Assembly (NCBI GenBank): GCA_030838045.1
Contig: JAUTXN010000137.1
Location: 1 to 52,356, forward strand
From: Acidimicrobiaceae bacterium
GTDB taxonomy: Bacteria > Actinomycetota > Acidimicrobiia > Acidimicrobiales > Palsa-688
Length of the DNA stretch: 52,356 nucleotides
Reading direction: 5' to 3'
Position 1 is the first letter of the stretch, and the number at the start of each line of letters is the position of its first letter. The notes under the pieces were generated by a model. That model saw only the letters and a list, made by a program, of their open reading frames with translations, searched no databases and was not told where the DNA came from. Both the position numbers and the translations under genes were made by a program. Below, piece by piece: positions 1-9,276 of this stretch.

Positions 1-719
1 TGGTCCTGACCGTCGAGCACCACCAGGCGTGCGCCTGGGATAGCGTCGGCCATCATCTGCGCGTCCGCCACGGGGATGAACTCGTCGCGGCGGTGCACGA
101 TGAGGGTGGGGACGTGGACTTCGGCCATCAGGTCGGTGACGTCCACCTTGGCCAAGGAGTCGACCAGGGCCCGGGCCATGGCCGGGCTGGCCGCGGCGCG
201 CTCGAAGGCCGCCCGTTCACTTCGGGCGTGGTCACCTTCGCCCGGGGCGAAGAGGGGGCCGGTGTACCCTTCGCCCCAATGGTCCACCGCCGCCCGTAGC
301 TGCTCGACGGCCCCGGTCGGTGGCCGCCGGGGCGAAGTCCCGTACAGCACGAGGCCGCGCACCATCTTCGGATGGGCCACGGCCATGTGGATGGCGATTG
401 GCCCGCCTTCGGAGAACCCGAACAGAAACGGCCGCCTGCAGCCGGCGGCGTCGATCACCGCCGTCAAATCCCGCATGCGCTCTGTCAAGCCAGGCACGTC
501 GGTGACCGGATCCGACAGCCCCGTCCCTCGCTTGTCGAACCGCACGACCCGCGCCACCCGGGCCAGCGACCGCACAAATCGCCGGAACCCGGCGTCGCGC
601 CACTGCAGTTCCAGGTGCGACACGAAGCCGGGAATCATCACCAGATCACATCCCTCGCCGTGGACCTGGTAGGCGATTTTTACCCCGCCCGCATCGGCAT
701 ACCTGGGGCGGTCTTCCAC
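1..719 (-). CDS. alpha/beta-fold hydrolase (C-terminus runs off the window start)
   Basis: This reverse frame is absent from the ORF track because it has no stop inside the window. My translation from GTG 719..717 reads VEDRPRYADAGGVKIAYQVHGEGCDLVMIPGFVSHLELQW...RRPFLFGFSEGGPIAIHMAVAHP...HVPTLIVHRRDEFIP. It has a GxSxG-type nucleophile elbow (GFSEGG) and overall alpha/beta hydrolase layout. The start is uncertain; TTG 740 is also in frame. Confidence 0.75.
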   Translation of the reverse strand, partial: MEDRPRYADAGGVKIAYQVHGEGCDLVMIPGFVSHLELQWRDAGFRRFVRSLARVARVVRFDKRGTGLSDPVTDVPGLTERMRDLTAVIDAAGCRRPFLFGFSEGGPIAIHMAVAHPKMVRGLVLYGTSPRRPPTGAVEQLRAAVDHWGEGYTGPLFAPGEGDHARSERAAFERAAASPAMARALVDSLAKVDVTDLMAEVHVPTLIVHRRDEFIPVADAQMMADAIPGARLVVLDGQD

Positions 720-1249
720 CCCCGCAACGCTACGCTCCAACCGCCCCAGCGGACGATGCCTCGCCCCCGGGGATGCAGTGCGGGCCGTCAGACGCGCCAC
801 GGCAGCGGTCCCAGGATGTACCCCAGGGGACGCCGATGCCGGCGCGGCGGTTCAGCCGATTCCTCAAGTTTTTCTCAGGAACGGTGGGTAAAACCGCAAC
901 GGGGTCATCCCGGCTCCAAAGACCTTGGCTGGGGGTGCGGGCGAATCTTACGAATTGGTGTCACAACTCAACGGTTGGAACACCATGGGCTCGGCCGCAG
1001 CCTTAGCATCCGATCCTTGCCGTCGCACTCGCCGGGCGGGCGGCCCTAATCATCGGTCCAGCGGGAAGTTCGGGACGTCAGCAACCCGCGAGCCCGCCGT
1101 CGCCCCGAACCGGTGCAGTCTCGGCTACCGAGGCGACGTCGTCGAACCAGGCGCAACCGATCGGACCGGCCGCGCGAGTACGGGCGGTCACCGATCACCC
1201 GGTTGCCGCTGCAGGTATCACGCTGGTTGCAGCGGTCGGATTCGTCGTC

Positions 1250-2332
1250 GTGCGCCTGCTCCTTGCCGGCAAAGGCCAGGCGAGCCGCTTCGTGATGGCC
1301 GAGCGATCCTTTGCCGACCCGGCCCGGGTCCCATCTGGCCTTGCCATCCTCCCGGGGAACGGCTACGACGGCCAGTTCTTCTACCGTCTTGCCCTCAATC
1401 CTTCGAATCTTCACCACACCGCATATGGGATCACGTTCGACGCCCCATTCCGGGTACAGCGCATCGGGTATCCACTTCTGGTCTGGTTGGTCTCCTTCGG
1501 CCATCATCCGTGGGTTCCGTTGGCGCTCGTCGCCGTCAATGTCGCCGCCCTCAGCGCGATTGGCTGGCTGGGAGGATCCTTCGCCCGCCAGGCCGGCCGC
1601 CATGCACTGTGGGGCCTTCTCCTCGCCGGCTACTTCGGGTTCGTGTTCAGCCTGGGTCGCGACACCGCCGAGCCCGTCGCCGCTGCCTGCTGGCTGGCCG
1701 GCCTCTTGGCCTACCGGCGGCGACATCCGTTGCTGGCGGGGCTGCTGCTCGCCTACGGTGCCCTGACTCGAGAGACGGTCATGGTCGTGGTTGCCGCCAT
1801 TGCGGTGATGCGCGTCGTCGGGTTCGTGCGGCGAACCGCCCGGCCGGGCCGCGACGATCTGGCGTGGACACTGCCCATTGTGGGCTTTGCCGGCTGGCAA
1901 TCGGTTGTCTACTCCGTTACCGGTTCCTTTGCCTTGGCCGCGGACACGAAGAGCAACTCTGGCCCCATCTTCGACGCCGCCGTCCACGCCGTCATCCGGA
2001 ACCTGAGCCATGTGTCCATCCATGCGGCGGCCGTCGACGCATGGGTCGTCGAGCTTGCGGTGCTCGTTCTCGTTATCGGTCTGGCCGCGACGGCGCTGCG
2101 TTCCTCGCGTGTGCCGGCGCACGAACGGCTGGTCCTGGTGCTCTTCGTGATCGAACTCTTCATCCTTTCGGCGGGCATCTGGAACGGGTTGGCCGACCTC
2201 CGGTCGCTCGACGACGTTTACCTGGCGTCGGTGCTGGTGCTGATCGGTTCATGGCGCCGCCTCGTGGTGCCGGCCGCCGCCGTCATCCCGGCGCTGTTCA
2301 TCGTCGCGGTCCACCGCACCGTTTCCCTTTGA
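1250..2332 (+). CDS. polytopic integral membrane protein, uncharacterised (possibly GT-C-like / surface glycopolymer assembly)
   Basis: The ORF-track 360-aa ORF has many 20-25 aa hydrophobic stretches (IGYPLLVWLVSF, ALVAVNVAALSAIGWLGG, LWGLLLAGYFGFVF, VMVVVAAIAVMRVV, LVLVLFVIELFILSAG) and an N-terminal DGQFFYRLALNP motif. The overlapping 476-aa (+) and 358-aa (-) ORFs are Arg/Pro/Gly-rich off-frame artefacts. The product family is a guess. Confidence 0.7.
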   Translation: MRLLLAGKGQASRFVMAERSFADPARVPSGLAILPGNGYDGQFFYRLALNPSNLHHTAYGITFDAPFRVQRIGYPLLVWLVSFGHHPWVPLALVAVNVAALSAIGWLGGSFARQAGRHALWGLLLAGYFGFVFSLGRDTAEPVAAACWLAGLLAYRRRHPLLAGLLLAYGALTRETVMVVVAAIAVMRVVGFVRRTARPGRDDLAWTLPIVGFAGWQSVVYSVTGSFALAADTKSNSGPIFDAAVHAVIRNLSHVSIHAAAVDAWVVELAVLVLVIGLAATALRSSRVPAHERLVLVLFVIELFILSAGIWNGLADLRSLDDVYLASVLVLIGSWRRLVVPAAAVIPALFIVAVHRTVSL

Positions 2333-2545
2333 CGGCCGGTGACTCGCCGATCTGACAGAGGCCAGGTGACGTAGACGTGCGCCCTGGTTGCAGTTGTGAA
2401 TTGGCGCGGAGGGACTGGGATGGTCCCCTGCGAACAGCTCGATCCTTCGGCAGGTCCCGAGGGTGCTCGCCGGCACTCGGGCATCAGTTGGTTCGCCATA
2501 CCGCGCCCGGTCGACGGGATGGGTCCATCCCGGCGTCCGCTCGAT

Positions 2546-2749
2546 CTATCGCCCCTCAGCTCCACGGCAGATGTCGGCCAACCATGCGCGAACCAGTGTG
2601 CAGACCTCATCGGCCCGGGAAAACGTCGCCGTTCGCTCGATGCCCGCAGCGACGTCAGTCGTGAGACGAACCTGGGCTCGAAGAGGCTCAGACGATCCTG
2701 GTTCGACCCAGGCCCGGATGATCAACAGCCCGTGATGGTCGTCATCCAT
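2546..2749 (-). CDS. small conserved hypothetical protein (67 aa; could start at 2872, giving 108 aa)
   Basis: It lies in ORF-track 2546..2872 (-). The core HHGLLIIRAWVEPGSSEPLRAQVRLTTDVAAGIERTATFSRADEVCTLVRAWLADI matches a small-protein pattern I recall from actinobacteria (LLRxW.EP....WR..v.....G....F.sl.el..fL). ATG at 2749 checked on the sequence (cat 2747-2749). It sits directly downstream of the SARP regulator on the same strand. Confidence 0.5.
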   Translation of the reverse strand: MDDDHHGLLIIRAWVEPGSSEPLRAQVRLTTDVAAGIERTATFSRADEVCTLVRAWLADICRGAEGR

Positions 2750-2965
2750 ATCTGGTCCCCAGTTCGTGAACTCATTGTCAGGCCCATTCAGCAGGGTTCT
2801 TCGATGCTGTCGGACAGCTGGACGGGATGAGTTGGATCCTATGAAGCGAATCGTTGCAAGGTCAAACACCATGTCACGAGGGTGTCCTCAATGGCGAGAC
2901 ACGTTTCCTACCCAGTTTGGTCCAATCTGAAGACACCTCGAGGCGGTGCGACGACCCTCGGGCGC

Positions 2966-3676
2966 CTACCGTGCTTCCAGGCTGGAGAGCAGATCGAACA
3001 GGCGAGCGGTCGGCTCGATGTTCAGCTCGGCGCGTAGCAGCACGCGGTAGCGCTCGAACTCTCCGACTGCCTCCGACTGGTTCCCCTCAGCCAGGTGTAC
3101 CCGGATGAGCGACGCCCGGGCGGTCTCTCTCAGGGGTTCGGCCCGCACCGCGGCCAGAGCGGCAGCGGCCGCCTCGGCCAAGCGATCGGCTGCGGTCAGT
3201 CGGGCAGCCACCGCTTCGAGCGCGTGCATGCGGAGTTGGTGCCAATCCTCGGCTGCGATCACGGCCCAGTCGTCGTACCAGCCAGGTAGCAGATCATCCG
3301 ACAGAGCCTCCACCGCAGGGGTGCTGATGTCGGTGTCGGACGGAATGGCATCGCGATCTATGAGTCGGCGAGCCAACTCCTGGGAGTAGTGGACGTCGAC
3401 AAGCACACCCTCGTCCAGACCGAGGTCATGGGCGGTCACTCGTACCGCTTGACGGGCCGGACCGCCAAGGCGTGAGACGGCCGAGCGTAGGCTGGCGCTG
3501 GCCTGCTCGTCGGTAACCTCCGGCCAGAGCGTACCCGCCACCTGATGGCGTGTGAGCGGCCGATCACGAACAGCGAGGAAGGCCAGCAGCCGCTGCGACC
3601 CGGCGGACAGCCCGAGCAGGACCTCGCCTCCGACCGAGAAGACGAATCCACCGAGCAATGCCATTTCATTAGTCAT
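2966..3676 (-). CDS. SARP (AfsR/DnrI/RedD-type) transcriptional regulator: OmpR-like winged helix plus BTAD domain
   Basis: The winged-helix part is LLGGFVFSVGGEVLLGLSAGSQRLLAFLAVRDRPLTRHQVAGTLWPEVTDEQASASLRSAVSRL. The BTAD part is LLPGWYDDWAVIAAEDWHQLRMHALEAVAARL...LRETARASLIRVHLAEGNQSEAVGEFERYRVLLRAELNIEPTARL. I prefer the internal ATG at 3676 (or 3664), because the ORF-track extension to 3850 runs through an AT-richer, promoter-like stretch. Confidence 0.8.
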   Translation of the reverse strand: MTNEMALLGGFVFSVGGEVLLGLSAGSQRLLAFLAVRDRPLTRHQVAGTLWPEVTDEQASASLRSAVSRLGGPARQAVRVTAHDLGLDEGVLVDVHYSQELARRLIDRDAIPSDTDISTPAVEALSDDLLPGWYDDWAVIAAEDWHQLRMHALEAVAARLTAADRLAEAAAAALAAVRAEPLRETARASLIRVHLAEGNQSEAVGEFERYRVLLRAELNIEPTARLFDLLSSLEAR

Positions 3677-3935
3677 CAATATGGCCAATACGCTCAATGC
3701 AGCCAAGCGCCAAAAGGCTCTGGCGCGCTCATCAAGAGTGCCACAAATGAGGCATAGCCGCGCGGGCGAGGAGATGAATATCTTCGCCCGGTAGTTACGC
3801 TGAATCGATATTTCTCGACGCCCGGCCCTGGCGACCACCGGGGCCACCACGGTCGACGTCGGCGTTCATGGCGATGGCCTGACCGATCCCCCCCGGGCGC
3901 TGGGGCGCCCGGTGGGTTCGCTCAGAGCCAGGCGG

Positions 3936-4058
3936 CTACAGATCGGTCTCGTATTCCCGCACGACAGTTCGGCGTCCGCGTGAGCGGTAATAGCGGGGCC
4001 CGCCAATGCCGCCGAGAAGTAGGACGACCAGCAACACGATCAACAGGATGGTCAACAT
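3936..4058 (-). CDS. 40-aa single-pass membrane miniprotein (hypothetical)
   Basis: Hand translation gives ATG 4058..4056 to TAG 3938..3936, MLTILLIVLLVVLLLGGIGGPRYYRSRGRRTVVREYETDL. This is one hydrophobic helix followed by a basic tail. It is below the ORF-track size cut-off. An 8-bp-stem hairpin (ccgggcgc tggg gcgcccgg, about 3886-3908) lies downstream. Confidence 0.4.
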   Translation of the reverse strand: MLTILLIVLLVVLLLGGIGGPRYYRSRGRRTVVREYETDL

Positions 4059-4167
4059 GTGGACTTGTTACCCGGTTGGTCCAAAGTCGAATCTCTTCGC
4101 CGCATTCTGTACGGGCGGGTCGTCGGATCACTGAACGACCGGTCGGGAATCGGTAGGGTCGCCATCC

Positions 4168-5004
4168 GTGAGGGGCCGCGAACTTTGGACCGACATCCTG
4201 GCCGAACCGTTCAACCGCCGCGCCAGAGGCGCCACCGCGTATCCCCAAGTGCCGGCCTCCCACGGGTTGCGTGTCGGCCACAAGGCGAGTGGGTTCCGCG
4301 GGACGGTGGCCCGCCAGGAGCGCGATGGGGTTGTTCTCAGGGGCGCGACCGGCCTCGAACGCATCTTTCGGATGACTCCCGGCGCCTTCGAGCTCGCCGG
4401 CGAAGCGGTCACGCTGGTGGTTCCCCCGCAGGCCACGGCGCCGGCAAAGGCGCTGACAGCGTCAGGCTCAGTGGCGGTCGCAGCCGGGGCTGCCCGGGTG
4501 GCCCAGGCGAGCCGGATCTTGGTCGAGGGCATCCACGACGCCGAGCTTGTGGAACGGGTTTGGGGTGACGATCTCCGGATCGAAGGCGTCGTTGTCGAAC
4601 GGCTCGATGGCCTTGACCGCTTGGCGAGATACGTGGGGGCGTTCGGCCCCGGCCCCGGCCGGCGCCTAGGCGTGCTGGTCGATCACCTCGTCCCCGGCAC
4701 CAAAGAGGCACGTATGGCCGCAGAGGTGAAGCATGACCACATCCTGGTCACAGGCACGCCGTTCGTCGATGTATGGCAGGCGGTCAAGCCGGCTGTCGTG
4801 GGAATTTCCGGGTGGCCTGAAGTGCCCCGGGGCAGCGACTGGAAGACTGGCGTCTGTCGACAGTTGGGCGTCACTGATCCGACGCTGATGTGGCGACGGA
4901 TCGTGGGCTCGGTCCGCTCGTATGCCGATCTCGAGCCCGCCCTCGTCGGCGCCGTCGAGCGGCTGATCGACTTTGTCACCGAGCCCGGAGAGATCCAGTC
5001 GTGA
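4168..5004 (+). CDS. DUF3097 family protein
   Basis: The ORF-track 278-aa ORF contains SRILVEGIHDAELVERVWGDDLRIEGVVVERLDGLDRL...VLVDHLVPGTKEARMAAEV...ILVTGTPFVDVWQAVKP. I recognise this as the actinobacterial DUF3097 pattern from memory; confirm with Pfam. Confidence 0.8.
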   Translation: MRGRELWTDILAEPFNRRARGATAYPQVPASHGLRVGHKASGFRGTVARQERDGVVLRGATGLERIFRMTPGAFELAGEAVTLVVPPQATAPAKALTASGSVAVAAGAARVAQASRILVEGIHDAELVERVWGDDLRIEGVVVERLDGLDRLARYVGAFGPGPGRRLGVLVDHLVPGTKEARMAAEVKHDHILVTGTPFVDVWQAVKPAVVGISGWPEVPRGSDWKTGVCRQLGVTDPTLMWRRIVGSVRSYADLEPALVGAVERLIDFVTEPGEIQS

Positions 5005-5034
5005 CGTCGCAGGAGGTCCCGACTGCCTGAGCTG

Positions 5035-5793
5035 TCACGGCCCGTCGACAACCGCCTGACCGAGCTCGACGCGGCCTCGTTGAATCACCCGCGCCAGCAC
5101 GCCCAGATTGGATCCGTGGTGGGCGTTGATGTGGCGAAGAATGTCAAGTTGGCGCTGCACACCACTGGGCTGAGCCCGGGTTGTCATCACACACCGGTTG
5201 CACGGCCTGACAACCTCGATTGCGGCCGTGCCGAATGTCAGTCGCTGGCCGAGCCAGGCTTGTTCGACCATAGACTCGCCCTCGACTTCAATTAGGACAT
5301 TCGGCCGGAATCGGGCCACATCCCATTCCAGGTCCGGTCGCTCAGAGGCCAGCGCCCGAATACTCGCGCTCGTCAAAACGTGTACCGGCCCGCTATCTAC
5401 GAATGATCCGTATGGCCCCTCCCAGCGCACTCGCTCGGACTCGTCATCCTCGAAGTCGGATGGCATTTCGAAGGTCCCTCGACCGGTGGGTCTCACTTCC
5501 ACCAGCCGTACCGGCCGCCCCAGCCAGTCGCTCAGGGCCAGGTCGACGGCGGGTCCGGTGCCCAGCAGGGTCTCGCCCGTGGGGAGTCGAATGGTCAGGG
5601 TCACACCCGCGAGCATCGCCCGGGCCAGCAAGAGGCGCGCATCGTTCTTGGCCGACACGATCGTGCCCGACCTGAGATCGAGCACCCCGAAGCGACGGTC
5701 GCCTTCCACGCCTCCTTGGATCAGTTCGAGGCGGTCTTGCCGTTCACCGATCATCGATTTGACCGGGTAGCGCCACAGACCACTGATCTTCAT
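5035..5793 (-). CDS. MOSC domain-containing protein
   Basis: The N-terminus MKISGLWRYPVKSMIGERQ is a MOSC_N beta-barrel start. Further on come FRPNVLIEVEG and the conserved Cys context VRPCNRCVMTT. ATG at 5793 verified (cat 5791-5793). The ORF-track extension to 5853 adds an Arg-rich leader that overlaps the next gene. Confidence 0.85.
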   Translation of the reverse strand: MKISGLWRYPVKSMIGERQDRLELIQGGVEGDRRFGVLDLRSGTIVSAKNDARLLLARAMLAGVTLTIRLPTGETLLGTGPAVDLALSDWLGRPVRLVEVRPTGRGTFEMPSDFEDDESERVRWEGPYGSFVDSGPVHVLTSASIRALASERPDLEWDVARFRPNVLIEVEGESMVEQAWLGQRLTFGTAAIEVVRPCNRCVMTTRAQPSGVQRQLDILRHINAHHGSNLGVLARVIQRGRVELGQAVVDGP

Positions 5794-5833
5794 GGCATGC
5801 GACCGTAGCGGCGGCCCGCGGAGGGCGGGACTC

Positions 5834-6853
5834 CTACGGGTTGCTCGGCCCATCCCAGGCGGCGGCCAACAGCTCGAGGCTGCGGAGTCTGGCGTCGAGG
5901 CTGTAGGCGATGGTGCTGACCATGATTTCGTCCGCCGCCGAGGCCGCCACCAGATCGTCCAGCTGCGCCACCGCCGTGCCCGGCGCCCCGAGGATGCGAC
6001 GCGAAGGCATGCCCCGCGCCGCCGCCAGAGCGGGATGGCCCGCGGCCTCCTCTGGCGACCGCAAGGGGGAGAAACGACCGGTGCGGATTTCGTACACCAT
6101 CAGCTGCCCTGGGCCCGCTTCCCAGTCGGCGTCGGCGTCGCTCGGCGCGACCAGGACATTCGCAGTCACGATGACGTGCGGCGCGGCCAGGACCGGCGAC
6201 GGCCGGAAGGACTGGCGGTACAAGTCGAGCGCTTCCAGCGTGCCGCCCGTGTCGAAGTGGTGGGCGAAGGCGTAGGGCAGACCAAGCAGGCCCGCCAGCT
6301 GGGCGCTGTACCCGCTCGACCCAAGCAGCAGGATCTGGGGCGTCGATGTGGCTGCCGGAGTGGCGGCGAAGTGTTCCCAGAGGCCACCTTCGCCCCGTAT
6401 GTCGCCGAGGAGACCCATGAGGTCGAGCAGGTCGCGGGGATAGTCCTCCTCGCCGAACACCTGCACCGATCGGCGTATTGCCAGCATGGTTGCCTGGTCG
6501 GAACCTGGAGCGCGACCAAGGCCCAGGTCGATGCGCCCCGGGTGAAGCGCCTCAAGGGCCGCGATGTGCTCGGCCACGATGAGGGGCGTGTGGTTGGGGA
6601 GCATGATGCCGCCTGAACCGATCCTGATGCGTTGGGTGTGAGCCGCCAGGTGCGCCATCAGCACCGGCGGGGTCGTGCTGGCGACCGAGGGCATGTTGTG
6701 GTGCTCGGCCACCCAGAACCGGTGGTAGCCCAGCCTGTCGGCGCCTTGGGCCAGCGCGGTGGTGGCGGCCAGCGCCTCGGAGGTGGTACCGCCGGCATTG
6801 ACGATGGCCAGGTCGAGGACCGAGAGCGGCGGTCTGCCCGAGTTTGAAAGCAC
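5834..6853 (-). CDS. LLM-class (luciferase-like) flavin-dependent oxidoreductase
   Basis: LSVLDLAIVNAGGTTSEALAATTALAQGADRLGYHRFWVAEHHNMPSVASTTPPVLMAHLAAHTQRIRIGSGGIMLPNHTPLIVAEHIAALEALHPGRIDLGLGRAPG is a textbook YhbW/LLM N-terminal half. Confidence 0.9.
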   Translation of the reverse strand: MLSNSGRPPLSVLDLAIVNAGGTTSEALAATTALAQGADRLGYHRFWVAEHHNMPSVASTTPPVLMAHLAAHTQRIRIGSGGIMLPNHTPLIVAEHIAALEALHPGRIDLGLGRAPGSDQATMLAIRRSVQVFGEEDYPRDLLDLMGLLGDIRGEGGLWEHFAATPAATSTPQILLLGSSGYSAQLAGLLGLPYAFAHHFDTGGTLEALDLYRQSFRPSPVLAAPHVIVTANVLVAPSDADADWEAGPGQLMVYEIRTGRFSPLRSPEEAAGHPALAAARGMPSRRILGAPGTAVAQLDDLVAASAADEIMVSTIAYSLDARLRSLELLAAAWDGPSNP

Positions 6854-7115
6854 GAGTCGTTCAACACCACGGCCGGTCGGAGGCTTCCCGTCGACAGTGA
6901 TCGACCCGACGGCGCGGCAAGCCGGAGTTGCCGGGTCAACTCCTACCGGTCGAGATCACGTTGTCTCTCATCGCTGACCCAGCTTTCGGCGGCGGCCAGC
7001 ATCCTCGCGGTCAGTTCTGAGTACGCCCGGTCCTGAGCTCCGCCGTGGCGAGCGCACCATACATATCGACAGGGTTGGGTACACCGCCATACGTGATGCC
7101 GCGGAGACCCAGGCC

Positions 7116-8057
7116 ATGAGCGAGCTTCGCAACGAGGTGCGGCATGCGCTCCACTTCATTCGGCGGTTGGAGAAGGACCAGCCGCAGGAGCCGCTACCGC
7201 CCCCGCTGCCGCCGGGACGGATCGTCGACGTCGAGGGACGAGGGGAGATGTTCGTCCGCCAGCAGGAGGGACGCGCCAGTGAAGCCACTGTCGTCCTGGT
7301 GCACGGATGGGCACTGAGCGCCGACCTCAACTGGTTTCCCGGCAGTTACGAGGTCGCGGCCCGCTACGGCCCGGTCATCGCCCCCGATGTCCGGGGACAC
7401 GGCCGGGGACTGCGCAGCGAGAAGCCGTTCACCTTGGAGGCGGCCGCCGACGACATCGCGGCGCTGATCGACTCCGTCAGCGCCGCGCCCGCGGTGATCG
7501 TCGGCTACTCGATGGGCGGCTCGCTCGCGATGCTGTGCGCCGCCCGCCACCCGGAGCTGATCGGCGGACTGGTCCTGGCGTCGACCGGACTCCAGTGGCG
7601 CGCCACCTGGCGGGAGCGAGTGATGTGGACATCGATGGCGGTCGTCGAGTACGGCCTGCGCTTCGGTGCTCCGAAGGGCCTCACCGAGCGGTACCTGCGA
7701 AGCGCGGTCGAGCTTTCGCCCGACCTCCAGCAATACCGGGGATGGGTCAAGGCCGAGGTGCGGCGGGGCGACCCGTCCGACATAGGCCACGCCGGGAAGG
7801 CGCTCGCCCGCTTCGACGCGCGTGAGCTGGCACGGGATATCGATGTTCCCACCGCGGTCGTCGTGACCTGTCTCGACCGGCTCATCCGCAGCGACCGCCA
7901 ACGAGAACTCGCCGTGGCCATGGGCGCTCAGCTCATCGAGATCGAGGGTGCCCACAACGCGTGGCTGGTTCGCCCTAAGGAATTCTCGGCTGCTGTCGAC
8001 CAAGGACTCGAATACGTGTTTTCGCGCCAGAGCCGGGCGCCGTTGCCGATCGGTTGA
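7116..8057 (+). CDS. alpha/beta-fold hydrolase
   Basis: Motifs are VVLVHGWALSADLNWF, DVRGHGRG, the nucleophile elbow GYSMGGSLAM, and a C-terminal GAHNAW histidine region. Confidence 0.85.
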   Translation: MSELRNEVRHALHFIRRLEKDQPQEPLPPPLPPGRIVDVEGRGEMFVRQQEGRASEATVVLVHGWALSADLNWFPGSYEVAARYGPVIAPDVRGHGRGLRSEKPFTLEAAADDIAALIDSVSAAPAVIVGYSMGGSLAMLCAARHPELIGGLVLASTGLQWRATWRERVMWTSMAVVEYGLRFGAPKGLTERYLRSAVELSPDLQQYRGWVKAEVRRGDPSDIGHAGKALARFDARELARDIDVPTAVVVTCLDRLIRSDRQRELAVAMGAQLIEIEGAHNAWLVRPKEFSAAVDQGLEYVFSRQSRAPLPIG

Positions 8058-8553
8058 CCGTCTCGAGTAGTGCATCCCCGCTGGTGCAGCGCCGACCTCT
8101 GGATTCGGACCCGCGTCACCCCGCCCGTTTCCCCGTCGTCTGAGGCAGAGCATGTTTGCCACACCAATAAGAAGATCGACAAAGCAGTCGCGACCGCCGT
8201 CGTCGTCATTCCGATTGCAAAAATCTAGGCGGCTGTTGTTCATTTCTCCTTTCGATCTGCGCGAGACCTTCTGCTGCTGTCCCGACTGCGCCGGGATCCC
8301 GCGCCGGCGCCGCCCGGCATCTCCCGGACCGGCGGGACGCGCAACCGGCACCATGTCGGTTCCGCTGGATGGTCAAACAATTTCAGGGATAGTGGGCGGG
8401 AGGACGGCGGTACGGCACACGGCCGCGGCCAGCCGGGTCACTGCTGCCAGACTGAGGGTTCTCTGAGGTTTCTCGGAGCCTGAGCGGAGACGGCCAAGGC
8501 AGCGTTATAACGTCGCGCCGAAAAATGGAGGAACAACTCATGGGACGTGCCAG

Positions 8554-9276
8554 GTGAGCAGTTCGAAGCGGATCCGGTGGGCGCTGGCCGCGGTCGCGGC
8601 AGTCGTCGTGGTGGTGGTCGGGGGCCTGTTCGCCATCCACTTGGTGCAAGGGAAATCTGACGCGCCACTCACACTGCCGACTGTGACGACGACCCCGGGC
8701 GTCACCAGCGGTGTCGGCGACGCCCCATCCACCAGTGCCTCGACCGGTCCGGTCGCGATCGACGGCGTCTGGAGCGTGAGCAGTGGCACCACCGCGGGCT
8801 ACCGAGTCAAAGAAACCCTCTTCGGCCAGTCCAACACCGCCACTGGACGTACCTCCGCCGTGACCGGCAGCTTCACGATTGCCTCGACCACTGTGGCGAC
8901 CGGTAGCTTCAGCGTCGACATGACGAAGGTGACTAGTGACCGGTCGCAACGAGACGGCCAGTTCCAGGGTCGCATCATGGATACTGCCAGCTTCCCGACG
9001 GCCAAGTTCACCTTGAGCAAGCCGATCCAACTGAGCACCCTGCCCGCCAACGGAGTACAGGTGACCTCGCAGGCGACAGGCGATTTGACGCTGCACGGCG
9101 TCACCAAGTCAGTGACGTTCCCGCTCACCGCCCAACGCAACGGCTCGGTGATCCAAGTCTTGGGGTCGATCCCGATCACCTTTGCCGACTGGAATATCTC
9201 CAATCCGAGCGGCGGCCCCGCCACGACGGCAGACAACGGGACCCTCGAGTTCCAGATCAACTTCGCGCACGCCTGA
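8554..9276 (+). CDS. YceI-family protein with N-terminal membrane anchor/signal
   Basis: It starts at GTG. The anchor is WALAAVAAVVVVVVGGLFAI, followed by a YceI-like lipocalin core: WSVSSGTTAGYRVKETLFG...TGRTSAVTGSFTI...FSVDMTKVTSDRSQRDGQFQGRIMDTASFPTAKF...ATGDLTLHGVTKSVTFPL. Confidence 0.85.
   Translation: MSSSKRIRWALAAVAAVVVVVVGGLFAIHLVQGKSDAPLTLPTVTTTPGVTSGVGDAPSTSASTGPVAIDGVWSVSSGTTAGYRVKETLFGQSNTATGRTSAVTGSFTIASTTVATGSFSVDMTKVTSDRSQRDGQFQGRIMDTASFPTAKFTLSKPIQLSTLPANGVQVTSQATGDLTLHGVTKSVTFPLTAQRNGSVIQVLGSIPITFADWNISNPSGGPATTADNGTLEFQINFAHA

Noticed and set aside
7194-8354. A 386-aa minus-strand ORF starting near a perfect SD (ATG 8243).
   Set aside because: After about 30 codons it becomes an antisense read of the alpha/beta hydrolase gene (7116..8057) with non-protein-like composition. 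The SD/ATG is kept as a low-interest observation only.
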